Source: Propionibacteriaceae bacterium (lineage in GTDB: Bacteria; Actinomycetota; Actinomycetes; Propionibacteriales; Propionibacteriaceae). Taken from it: 32,000 nt of DNA. The notes below the pieces were generated by a model. It was not told the DNA's origin. It worked only from the letters and a program-made list of their open reading frames with translations, and ran no database searches. The stretch's first letter is position 1; each line of letters begins with the position of its first letter. The stretch is taken from assembly GCA_031256725.1 (NCBI GenBank), contig JAIRQE010000025.1, forward strand, positions 60,001 through 92,000, read 5' to 3'. Below are positions 5,277-13,254 of this stretch, piece by piece. A program made the position numbers and the translations under genes.

Positions 5277-7619
5277 CTACTCACGGATCTGGACTGCACA
5301 GGGTACTGCTCGTACTGCTTGCTTGATCATCCCTATCAGGGGTGCTCTGACGCTGAGTTCTGTGACCCCTGCTGCAATGAGACGGGCCACTGACTCAGGA
5401 TCGGAGGCAATATCCCCACAGACGCATACGGGACGCCCCTTGAAAGCATCGGCAGCCATTGCGATCAGATCCCACACTGCGGATCGGTCACCTTTGGCAA
5501 CCTCAGTAACACTCGAGTTCCCACGATCGACAGCTAGGGTGTACTGAGTCAGGTCGTTGGTACCAATCGAAATGAAGTCAGCAAGGTCAAGAAAATCCCT
5601 AGCTCGCAAAGCGGAGGCAGGTGTCTCGACCATCATCCCTGCTTGGATTTGTCCACCCACCTTTCGGGTGGCATCCACGAGGCGGCTGCGTGCCCAGAGC
5701 ATCTCTTTGGGTGAGGTGATCATGGGGAACATCACACGTACAGGGGTTTCCTGGCTTGCGAGGAGGATCGCAGCAAGCTGATCATCAAGAAGATCGGGGA
5801 GCCTCCTCATCACACGAATTCCGCGTTCACCGAGCATGGGGTTCGGTTCCGGATCCTGTGGAAGGAAGGGGAGTGGCTTGTCGCCACCAGGGTCCCAGGT
5901 GCGAATTGTGATGGTCTGATGGTTGAGTGCCTTACCAATGGCGATGAAGACCTCGGCCTGTTCATCAACGCTCGGCGCATGATCCCAGTCGGCAAAGAGA
6001 ACCTCAGTACGAACCAACCCTGATCCTTCAGCTCCTGCCTCCAAGCCATCATGGGCACCCTGAATTGACGCTATGTTGGCTTCAACAATGATTCGGGTAC
6101 CAGAACCTGTCACGGCGGGTTTGTGAGCGAGTCGGATCGCCTCGGCAGTTGCAGCGGCCCGTTTCGACTGTTCTTCCTTGAGAGTCGACAATTCCTCATC
6201 ATCAGGGTCGATAAAGAGTCGGCCTTCAACAGGGTCGATTGCGAGAAGGGTACCATCGGGAATAGTGCGCGCATCAGCCCTACCTGTGAGCAGAGGGAAG
6301 CCCCGAGACTGCGCCAACAGGACTCCATGTCCACTCGCTCCACCACTGGTTGTGATGACACCCAGACAGAGTTCAGGGTCAAGGGTACCGGCAGTAATCG
6401 GATCCAATTCCGGCATGATCAGGATCCCGCTTGCGAGCCCAGGAGAAACCTCTGAGCCCAACAATGCCCGAATAAGCATGCGTTGGATTCCACGCTGATC
6501 CTCTGCTCGCGCACGAAGATAGGGGTCATCAATGGCCTCGAATTGTTCAGCGAAAGAAGTGAACCTATCTTGTACTGCTTCAATAGCTGGGAGGCCGCCT
6601 TGGATATCCGAGCGAAGCTCATCGAGGGTGAACTCGTCTTTGAGGGTCAGCAGTTGTACACCGTAGATGCCGAGGGTGGAACCCTTATCAAGGTTCTCAA
6701 GGGTTTGGGCAACCGCATCAATGGCAGCATTGAGACGGGCGAGCTCCGTGGGTACATCCCCCGCAATGTATTCACTAGCGTCAGGGTCAATGGCGATATA
6801 GCGGGCCTCACCTATAACGATCTGGTGTCCAGTACGCATAGGGTCCTGTCGTGGATGATCCAGCCGGGTAGCGTTGATCGAAGGCTCAATATCCTTGGAT
6901 TCCCCGAAATTGCTGTGGGCGAGATCGGTGAGAGTGGAGTACGCCTTTTCAGATTCGGGGCCAATGATTTCGGCCTCCATGAGGTCGCCTCGACGCAAGC
7001 CCAAGGTCTGGATCGAGGTCAAACTTGAGGCTGACACTGGTCCCTTACTCAGGGTGGTATTGCTGATTCGGATAGTCGCATCAATCCCTCGAAGGCCAGA
7101 AACAAGTGCGGCAGCAGGGCGAGCATGAAGACCATGGGGGTTACGGATCATCCACGAGAAGCGAAGCCCACCCTCGGTAGGGGCAGGGGTTGCCATTGAG
7201 TCTGCGGGAGAATCCCCGAGTTGATCCTGTTTGCCGGCCAACCCTTGTACTGCTTCAGCACAGACCTCCTCAAGGGTGGCTGATGTACTTGCTGTGACGA
7301 TGGCAGCGATGAGCCCCTCGACCAGAGGTGCGGACGAGATCTTTGTACGGGCCGCAAGTTCAGGATCGATAAACTCTAAAGCCATCTCAGCCGACAGGAT
7401 TGCAGACCCCAGGTCAACAAGCACGAGTACACCCGCCCCTGAGTCAGCCTCCATGATAGCTTCAGCAATTGCCGCAGCATCGGTACCAAAGGTGGTCTCA
7501 TCAAGACCGGCAGCTACCCGCATTTGGGGCCGGGCCTCGGGTGGTACCATCTGAGCCGCAAGGTCGCTAACAGCCAAACCTAAGCTCCGAGAATGGGAAA
7601 CAACGACTATACCGATCAT
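5277..7619 (-). CDS. dhaM: Dihydroxyacetone kinase phosphoryl-donor subunit DhaM, fused EIIA(Man-like)-HPr-full Enzyme I.
   Basis: The N-terminus MIGIVVVSHS is the EIIA-Man/DhaM type. The HPr-like His motif is NPHGLHARPAA. EI features are the phospho-His region SGGASGHGVLLAQSRGFP, the PEP-binding barrel motifs GERGIR, MFPMI, MVETPA and IGTNDLTQY, and the catalytic Cys region VCGDIASDP. The gene sits next to dhaL and dhaK. Confidence 0.9.
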   Translation of the reverse strand: MIGIVVVSHSRSLGLAVSDLAAQMVPPEARPQMRVAAGLDETTFGTDAAAIAEAIMEADSGAGVLVLVDLGSAILSAEMALEFIDPELAARTKISSAPLVEGLIAAIVTASTSATLEEVCAEAVQGLAGKQDQLGDSPADSMATPAPTEGGLRFSWMIRNPHGLHARPAAALVSGLRGIDATIRISNTTLSKGPVSASSLTSIQTLGLRRGDLMEAEIIGPESEKAYSTLTDLAHSNFGESKDIEPSINATRLDHPRQDPMRTGHQIVIGEARYIAIDPDASEYIAGDVPTELARLNAAIDAVAQTLENLDKGSTLGIYGVQLLTLKDEFTLDELRSDIQGGLPAIEAVQDRFTSFAEQFEAIDDPYLRARAEDQRGIQRMLIRALLGSEVSPGLASGILIMPELDPITAGTLDPELCLGVITTSGGASGHGVLLAQSRGFPLLTGRADARTIPDGTLLAIDPVEGRLFIDPDDEELSTLKEEQSKRAAATAEAIRLAHKPAVTGSGTRIIVEANIASIQGAHDGLEAGAEGSGLVRTEVLFADWDHAPSVDEQAEVFIAIGKALNHQTITIRTWDPGGDKPLPFLPQDPEPNPMLGERGIRVMRRLPDLLDDQLAAILLASQETPVRVMFPMITSPKEMLWARSRLVDATRKVGGQIQAGMMVETPASALRARDFLDLADFISIGTNDLTQYTLAVDRGNSSVTEVAKGDRSAVWDLIAMAADAFKGRPVCVCGDIASDPESVARLIAAGVTELSVRAPLIGMIKQAVRAVPCAVQIRE

Positions 7620-7687
7620 GATTCACCCTCTCTCCCAAGAAACTGGGCCCACTATGTGTATTCCTAGAAATCACTCATCACCTAATT

Positions 7688-7725
7688 AAAAAAGCGGGCC
7701 GGGCAGCTTTAGCGACCCGGCCCGC
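7688..7725 (-). terminator. Rho-independent terminator between dhaL and dhaM.
   Basis: Read on the minus strand, the stem GCGGGCCGGG pairs with CCCGGCCCGC (10-bp perfect stem, 12-nt loop) and is followed by TTTTTT (the plus-strand A-run at 7688-7693). It starts 19 nt after the dhaL stop. Confidence 0.7.
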
Positions 7726-7743
7726 ACGCAGAACATGTGACAG

Positions 7744-8358
7744 TCAGGAAAGGGTCCGGCTGGCCGCCTCAATGAGCATCGTCATCGAAGTGGCGCCAGG
7801 ATCTTGATGTCCTGCGCTTCGCTCGCCGAGGTAGGATGCGCGACCCTTGCGAGCAACGAGAGGGATGGTCGCATCGCGACCTGCAGCACAGGCAACAGCT
7901 GCTGCCTGGAGTGCCGTACCCATACCGTCGCCAGCGTTGGCGTCGAACTCATCCAGGGCTGGAGATAGGGCATCGACCAATGTCTTTTCGCCGATTGCTG
8001 CCTTCCCACGTTGAATGATGCCATCAAGACCGGCTCTGAGGGCTAGGCCCACCAGATCAGGGTTCTCGACATCAGGCCACGCCGTACCAACTCTGAGGAA
8101 GAAGGTGCCATAGAGCGGGCCGGAAGCTCCACCCACGGTGGACACGAGAGTCATTCCCACCTTCTTCAAATAGTCGGCGGCACTTGGGAAGGTGGATGGA
8201 TCCAAGTCAATGACAGCACGCATACCGCGATCCATGTTGGCGCCATGGTCTGCGTCACCGATCTCGCGGTCGAGATCAGTCAACAGGTCGGCATTGTCAT
8301 GGATCTGGGTCGCGAAGTCCTTCATCCATCCTGCGACAGACATGAGGTCGATTGCCAT
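7744..8358 (-). CDS. dhaL: Dihydroxyacetone kinase ADP-binding subunit DhaL.
   Basis: The product carries the DhaL signature DREIGDADHGANMDRG, is about 204 aa long, and begins 1 nt after the dhaK stop. Confidence 0.93.
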   Translation of the reverse strand: MAIDLMSVAGWMKDFATQIHDNADLLTDLDREIGDADHGANMDRGMRAVIDLDPSTFPSAADYLKKVGMTLVSTVGGASGPLYGTFFLRVGTAWPDVENPDLVGLALRAGLDGIIQRGKAAIGEKTLVDALSPALDEFDANAGDGMGTALQAAAVACAAGRDATIPLVARKGRASYLGERSAGHQDPGATSMTMLIEAASRTLS

Positions 8359-8359
8359 A

Positions 8360-9358
8360 TTACTTTCCCCACCTCAGGCCAGGAGTCCATACTGGGGCAT
8401 CCCAGAGTTGCAGCATCTCGGCGTCGGCTTTCAGCAATGTGACTGAACAGCCAGCCATGTCGAGACTTGTAATGTAGTTGCCCACAAGACAACGAGCGAC
8501 CTTGACACCTGCAGCGGCAAGGATCTTGGCGACCTCGTTGAAGACGATGTACAACTCGATGAGCGGGGTACCACCCATGCCATTGACGAAAGCGATCACC
8601 TCGGAACCGGAGTAATCTAGATCATCCAAGATGGGGCGTACGAGCATCTCAGCGGTTTCGGCTGCTGTCCCATTGGCTACGCGGGCTCGCCCAGGTTCAC
8701 CATGGATGCCGATACCGATCTCGATTTCATCATCGTGAAGATCGAAGCTGGGCTTTCCGGCGGCAGGAACAGTACAACCGGTCAGCGCCATACCCATTGA
8801 GCGGCCATTGTCGCTGATTCTGCCAGCAAGCCCGACCAGATAGTCGAGGTCCTTGCCTTCCTCAGCAGCGGCACCAACAATCTTTTCAAGGAGTACAGTC
8901 AGCCCGACTCCTCTTCGTCCAGCGGTATAGAGAGAGTCTTGGACCGCCACATCATCGGCTACGATCACGGCCTCGACACGGATACCTTCGGCGGCTGCCA
9001 TCTCGGCTGCCATCTCGAAGTTCATGACATCGCCTGTGTAGTTTTTAACAATGTGGAGTACACCAGCCCCGCCATCAACAAGCTTGGTGGCGGCAAACAT
9101 TTGATCAGGTACTGGGGAGGTGAAGACCTCGCCTGCACAGGCGGCGTCAAGCATCCCCAACCCAACGAATCCTCCATGAAGCGGCTCATGTCCAGAACCA
9201 CCACCGGAGATGATGCCTACCTTATTCGCGATAGGCGCGTCTTTGCGATAGACAACTTTGTTCTCGTGATCCACTTTCACGAGGTCAGCGTGAGCCGCTT
9301 CAACCCCAAACAGTGAATCTTTGACAACATCAGCTACATCATTGATGAGTTTCTTCAT
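8360..9358 (-). CDS. dhaK: Dihydroxyacetone kinase substrate-binding subunit DhaK.
   Basis: It has the canonical N-terminus MKKLINDV and the [10 protein letters not shown] motif. I place the start at the ATG at 9358. The track ORF adds 12 upstream codons to 9394. Confidence 0.93.
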   Translation of the reverse strand: MKKLINDVADVVKDSLFGVEAAHADLVKVDHENKVVYRKDAPIANKVGIISGGGSGHEPLHGGFVGLGMLDAACAGEVFTSPVPDQMFAATKLVDGGAGVLHIVKNYTGDVMNFEMAAEMAAAEGIRVEAVIVADDVAVQDSLYTAGRRGVGLTVLLEKIVGAAAEEGKDLDYLVGLAGRISDNGRSMGMALTGCTVPAAGKPSFDLHDDEIEIGIGIHGEPGRARVANGTAAETAEMLVRPILDDLDYSGSEVIAFVNGMGGTPLIELYIVFNEVAKILAAAGVKVARCLVGNYITSLDMAGCSVTLLKADAEMLQLWDAPVWTPGLRWGK

Positions 9359-9408
9359 GGGCCAAAGTCTTCCATGCTCAAACACCTCTTGCATAGGGAA
9401 GATCCCGG

Positions 9409-9436
9409 TTGGAACAGATGTGCACTACAACCCCAA
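9409..9436 (+). repeat. Solo right-arm fragment of the palindromic element family.
   Basis: TTGGAACAGATGT (9409-9421) is identical to 16106-16118 in the right arm of copy 2. It is followed by a related C-rich end (GCACTACAACCCC versus ACCACACCCCC). No matching left arm lies nearby. Confidence 0.45.
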
Positions 9437-9442
9437 TTTCGC

Positions 9443-9455
9443 TGAAAGTCTTTCA
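9443..9455. promoter_or_regulatory. Candidate operator: the 13-bp perfect palindrome TGAAAGTCTTTCA in the dhaK / ABC-operon divergent control region.
   Basis: The dyad is perfect. Its half-sites TGAAAG/CTTTCA resemble LacI/GalR-type operator halves. It sits 85 bp upstream of the dhaK start and 169 bp upstream of the binding-protein start. Confidence 0.3.
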
Positions 9456-9623
9456 TGATTTTCGAGCCTATGACGGGTGATAGGCCATGGTCAGAATGGT
9501 CGCTTCCCACTGGGATGGACAGATATTAGTGACCAGGGCTAATGGGGTTTACAGTGAGCACTAGTTATTTTTCTCATGGTGTTGTCCACCCTGAGAATGA
9601 AAACCTGCAAAGGAGCACAACCA

Positions 9624-10838
9624 ATGAAAAAGTCCTTAGTTCTAGGAATAGGCGCCGTAGTGACAGCACTTCTGCTGGCTAGCTGCGGTAATGGCGGTGG
9701 AGCAACCACCGATGGTACAGACACAATCGTGTTAACAGTCTCGGAATCCCTTCAGGGTCCCGATGAATTCATCAAGCAGGCTGGCGCTGCTTATACGGCA
9801 CAGAACCCCAATGTCACCATTGAGTTCGTGAATATCGAAACTGACAAGGCTCAAGAAAGAATCACAGTGGATGGGCCTGCTGGCACCGGTCCTGACGTTT
9901 TCGCCGTTCCCCATGATCAGTTGGGCAAACTCATTGCTGGTGGCCATGTCCTACCTGCGACTGGCTCCATGTCAGGCAATGTGCTTCAATCAAATATTGA
10001 TGCAGTGACCCATGATGGTAAGATCTATGGCTATCCCGTTGGTACCGAGACCTATGCTCTGTTCTATAACAAGGCCCTCGTTCCCGATATCGACCAGATG
10101 AAGACCTGGGACGGCTTGATTGAATGGTGTGAGACCTACCAGGCTGAGAATCCTGGCAAGTATGGCTTCGCCATGGATATTGCGAACGCCTTCTTCGCAG
10201 TACTCTTCACAACTGCTCATGGCAACAAGGTTTTCGGTCCTGATGGTACCGACGAAACCAACACATACCTCAATAGCGCGGACGCGCTGGTGGGTATGGC
10301 TACCTATCAGAAGTTGAGCACAGTCTTGAAGGCATCTGCTGCTGACCTTGACTCCGCTACAACTGATGGTTTGTTCATGTCAGGTGATGCCGCTATGACC
10401 ATCACCGGCCCATGGAATATCAACAACTATAGTGACGCTGGAATCGACTACGGTATCGTTCCACTGCCTGCACTTCCTGGAGATACGAACCCTGCCGGTT
10501 CCTTCATGAATGCACGTACCATGGCAGTGTCCGCGTACTCGAAGAATCCAGATGCTGCTCAGGCTTTCGCTGCCTTCTTGACCACTCCTGAGATGCAGCA
10601 GCTTCGTGCCGACCTGACTGGTGCCATGGCTCCAGCAACGTCGGATATCGACTATGGTGCAAACACTGACAAGATTCAGGGCATTGTTGATCAAGCAGAA
10701 TTTGCTTATGCAACACCATCCATCTCGGCGATGCCGGCCTTCTGGGAGCCCGCCAAGGCTGCCTTCTCCAACATTTGGGGTGGAGCTGATGCTCAGACTG
10801 AACTCGACAAGGCTAACGCTGCCATCGTTGGTCAGTAG
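9624..10838 (+). CDS. Sugar ABC transporter substrate-binding lipoprotein, family 1, MalE-like.
   Basis: The signal peptide MKKSLVLGIGAVVTALLLASC carries the lipobox LASC. AAGGAG lies 8 nt upstream of the ATG at 9624. The length and overall pattern fit an SBP_bac_1 protein. The track ORF starts 16 codons earlier. Confidence 0.9.
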   Translation: MKKSLVLGIGAVVTALLLASCGNGGGATTDGTDTIVLTVSESLQGPDEFIKQAGAAYTAQNPNVTIEFVNIETDKAQERITVDGPAGTGPDVFAVPHDQLGKLIAGGHVLPATGSMSGNVLQSNIDAVTHDGKIYGYPVGTETYALFYNKALVPDIDQMKTWDGLIEWCETYQAENPGKYGFAMDIANAFFAVLFTTAHGNKVFGPDGTDETNTYLNSADALVGMATYQKLSTVLKASAADLDSATTDGLFMSGDAAMTITGPWNINNYSDAGIDYGIVPLPALPGDTNPAGSFMNARTMAVSAYSKNPDAAQAFAAFLTTPEMQQLRADLTGAMAPATSDIDYGANTDKIQGIVDQAEFAYATPSISAMPAFWEPAKAAFSNIWGGADAQTELDKANAAIVGQ

Positions 10839-10865
10839 TAGACATTCTCATACATAACTAGACGC

Positions 10866-10897
10866 AGTGGGGAAGTGCTGAGTCGTGCTTCCCCACT
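10866..10897 (+). promoter_or_regulatory. Intercistronic hairpin between the binding-protein and permease genes. Likely a partial terminator or mRNA stabiliser.
   Basis: AGTGGGGAAG pairs with CTTCCCCACT (10-bp perfect stem, 12-nt loop). It begins 28 nt after the binding-protein stop and has no strong T-tract. Confidence 0.5.
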
Positions 10898-10925
10898 GAC
10901 TCTATTCTCAAGAAGGGCAACAACG

Positions 10926-12311
10926 ATGAGTGTCCGCAACAAAGATTCCTTGGTACAGCCTCAGGACAACACTTCACCTCACCAAGAACCCAAGAAGAGT
11001 CGGCGTGACTATCCAGGTCGAAGTACCGTGGAGCGCAGGGCTTGGATATTTATGGGCCTGGCCCACCTCACCTTGTTCAAGGATTGGTTACGAGGTGGAT
11101 TATTTGCGCTGATTGAGCTGGTGTTCCTCGCAACACTGCCGCTATCGATCAAGAAGATTGCAGACATGGTGACCCTGGGTGGTGCAACATGTCCTGGAGG
11201 TGTAGAGGACTGCCCAGCCTATGATCGCACCAACGGCGGGTACATGCTCATGGATGGTGTCTTGGTCATCCTGCTCTTGATTATCTTCGGGTTCCTCTAT
11301 TGGATCTCTGTACGTTCGGCAGTGAAGACGGGTGCTGCTCATCAGGCCGGGAAGATCGAGTCCCCGAAGGCAATCCTTAACAGGGCTTTTCCGACTATTT
11401 CGCTGGCCCCAGCTATCTTACTCATTGTCTTTTTCCTTGTTGCGCCACTTCTGTTCGCAGTACTCGTGGCTTTCACCAACTACTCTGATCCCAACCACAT
11501 TCCCCCCAACAGACCTATCAACTGGAGCGGGATGGACAACTTCGCAGCCATGTTTACTGGTTCTGGATGGGAGGAAGCTCTTGGTCGAGTCTTCTTGTGG
11601 ACGATCATCTGGGCCTTTATTTCCACACTCACCTGCTACTTCGGTGGGATGCTCATGGCTGTCATCCTGCGCGAGGCCAACTTCAAGATCACCCCAGTAT
11701 TTAGGGCGATCTTCATCATTCCTTATGCCATCCCTGGTGTCGTCTCTTTGCTTGTATGGCGCAACCTTCTCAATGGCGCTTTCGGTACGGTCAATCGAAC
11801 CTTATGGGCTTTGGGGATAGTGGAGCCTGGTACGGTCATACCCTGGCTATCCGATGTATGGCTCGCCAAGTTTATGTGCGTTCTTATCAACCTGTGGGTG
11901 GGATTCCCGTACTTCATGTTGCTGACCACTGGTGCAATGACCTCGATCTCTGGTGATGTTCTTGAGGCCGCTCGTATTGATGGCGCCTCAGGACCGAAGG
12001 TCTTCCGTTACGTCACTTTGCCGTTGGTGTTGTACCAGACGGCTCCATTGATGATTCTTTCTTTCGCTTCGAACCTCAATAACTTCGGTGCGATCTTCTT
12101 CCTCACGGGAGGATCGCCCGCAGTGGCCGATACCCCAACGACTACTGCTGGTGGTACCGACATCATGATCTCGTGGATCTATAAGATGTCCATCAACCTC
12201 ATGCAGTACGGTAAAGCCTCGGTTTTGGCGATCATGATCTTCATGATTCTGGCGCCCTTCGCCATCTTCAACTTCCGACGTACCAAGTCCTTCAAAGAAG
12301 GGGAACTGTGA
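10926..12311 (+). CDS. Sugar ABC transporter permease, MalF-like.
   Basis: The protein is multi-pass and carries the EAA loop LEAARIDGASGPKVFRYVTLP. I prefer the ATG at 10926, because the track start at 10875 would run through the intercistronic hairpin. Confidence 0.88.
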   Translation: MSVRNKDSLVQPQDNTSPHQEPKKSRRDYPGRSTVERRAWIFMGLAHLTLFKDWLRGGLFALIELVFLATLPLSIKKIADMVTLGGATCPGGVEDCPAYDRTNGGYMLMDGVLVILLLIIFGFLYWISVRSAVKTGAAHQAGKIESPKAILNRAFPTISLAPAILLIVFFLVAPLLFAVLVAFTNYSDPNHIPPNRPINWSGMDNFAAMFTGSGWEEALGRVFLWTIIWAFISTLTCYFGGMLMAVILREANFKITPVFRAIFIIPYAIPGVVSLLVWRNLLNGAFGTVNRTLWALGIVEPGTVIPWLSDVWLAKFMCVLINLWVGFPYFMLLTTGAMTSISGDVLEAARIDGASGPKVFRYVTLPLVLYQTAPLMILSFASNLNNFGAIFFLTGGSPAVADTPTTTAGGTDIMISWIYKMSINLMQYGKASVLAIMIFMILAPFAIFNFRRTKSFKEGEL

Positions 12312-13147
12312 TGAGCGGAATCATGCGCCACGTCAATAAGTGGATTATCTTCATTTTCTTGTTCATCATGATCCTTGTGGTTCTGTGGCCAGTGGCCCAT
12401 ATGATTGCTGCGGCATTCACCCCAGGGCAGTCCATTGCGAACCTTCCCGTCATTCCTTTTACGAATGGCATCACTGTTGAACACTTCGTGTACCTGTTCA
12501 CCAGAACCAACTATGCACATTGGTTCCTCAACACCCTTCTCATTGCCACAGTGGTATGTCTGGGTACACTGCTTCTCGCATCGCTGTCGGCCTATGTTTT
12601 CTCACGGTTCCGCTTCACTCTTAAGAAGTCCCTGCTGATGGGGATGTTGGTACTCAATGTCTTCCCAGCTGCCGTGGGTATGATCGCGGTCTACATGATC
12701 CTGATGAGGATCGGTGCACTCGACACCTTGTGGGGCTTGATGCTGGTGTACCTTGCGGGCAATATGCCGTACGCAACGTGGATGGTGAAGTCCTATATGG
12801 ATACGATTCCGAAGTCTTTGGATGAGGCCGCACGTATCGATGGGGCCAGCAACTACCGTATCTGGTTCCAGATCATCATGCCTCAGGCGAAGCCGATCCT
12901 GACCTTCCTCGCTGTGACGAGTTTCACCCTGCCATGGATGGACTTCATCTTCCCCACACTGATTCTTCGTTCACCTGAGAAGATGACTCTGGCCATCGGC
13001 CTGTACAGCTTCGTGACGGACAAGAACAGTTTCTTTACTAACTTCGCCGCTGGAGCCATCATTGTCGCGATACCGTTCATGATCTTCTTTATTGCAACCC
13101 AGAAGATGCTGGTCTCCTCTCTAGCCGGTGTCGCCGTCAAGGAGTAG
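12308..13147 (+). CDS. Sugar ABC transporter permease, MalG-like.
   Basis: The protein has six predicted helices and the EAA loop LDEAARIDGASNYRIWFQIIMP. Its start (GTG 12308 or ATG 12311) overlaps the upstream TGA, which implies translational coupling. Confidence 0.9.
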   Translation: MMSGIMRHVNKWIIFIFLFIMILVVLWPVAHMIAAAFTPGQSIANLPVIPFTNGITVEHFVYLFTRTNYAHWFLNTLLIATVVCLGTLLLASLSAYVFSRFRFTLKKSLLMGMLVLNVFPAAVGMIAVYMILMRIGALDTLWGLMLVYLAGNMPYATWMVKSYMDTIPKSLDEAARIDGASNYRIWFQIIMPQAKPILTFLAVTSFTLPWMDFIFPTLILRSPEKMTLAIGLYSFVTDKNSFFTNFAAGAIIVAIPFMIFFIATQKMLVSSLAGVAVKE

Positions 13148-13254
13148 TACTGGTCAACGAACGACAAGTGGGGTCAGCGGTAGTGGGCCCACTCGTCTGT
13201 TGAGGACCATGTACAGGGGTTGGGAACTACTCAAGGCTGGGGGACAGCGGTACC

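Noticed and set aside
5557-7554. Plus-strand ORFs opposite dhaM (for example 6483..7028 at 181 aa, 6123..6498, 7231..7554).
   Set aside because: They overlap the well-supported minus-strand DhaM/EI frame, and I see no motifs in them.
9359-9394. N-terminal extensions in the ORF track: dhaK to 9394, the binding protein from 9576, the MalF-like permease from 10875, and the MauE-like gene to TTG 1406.
   Set aside because: Internal starts fit better. MKKLINDV is the canonical DhaK N-terminus. MKKS...LASC is a lipoprotein signal with AAGGAG upstream. The permease extension would run through a 10-bp hairpin. The MauE extension starts at a TTG and encodes non-hydrophobic filler.
7645-13193. A shared GGGCCCACT 9-10-mer at about 7646 and about 13185. 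The latter is part of the 12-bp palindrome AGTGGGCCCACT upstream of the radical SAM gene.
   Set aside because: One repeat of a 9-mer is within chance expectation. The 12-bp palindrome alone is weak evidence for an operator.
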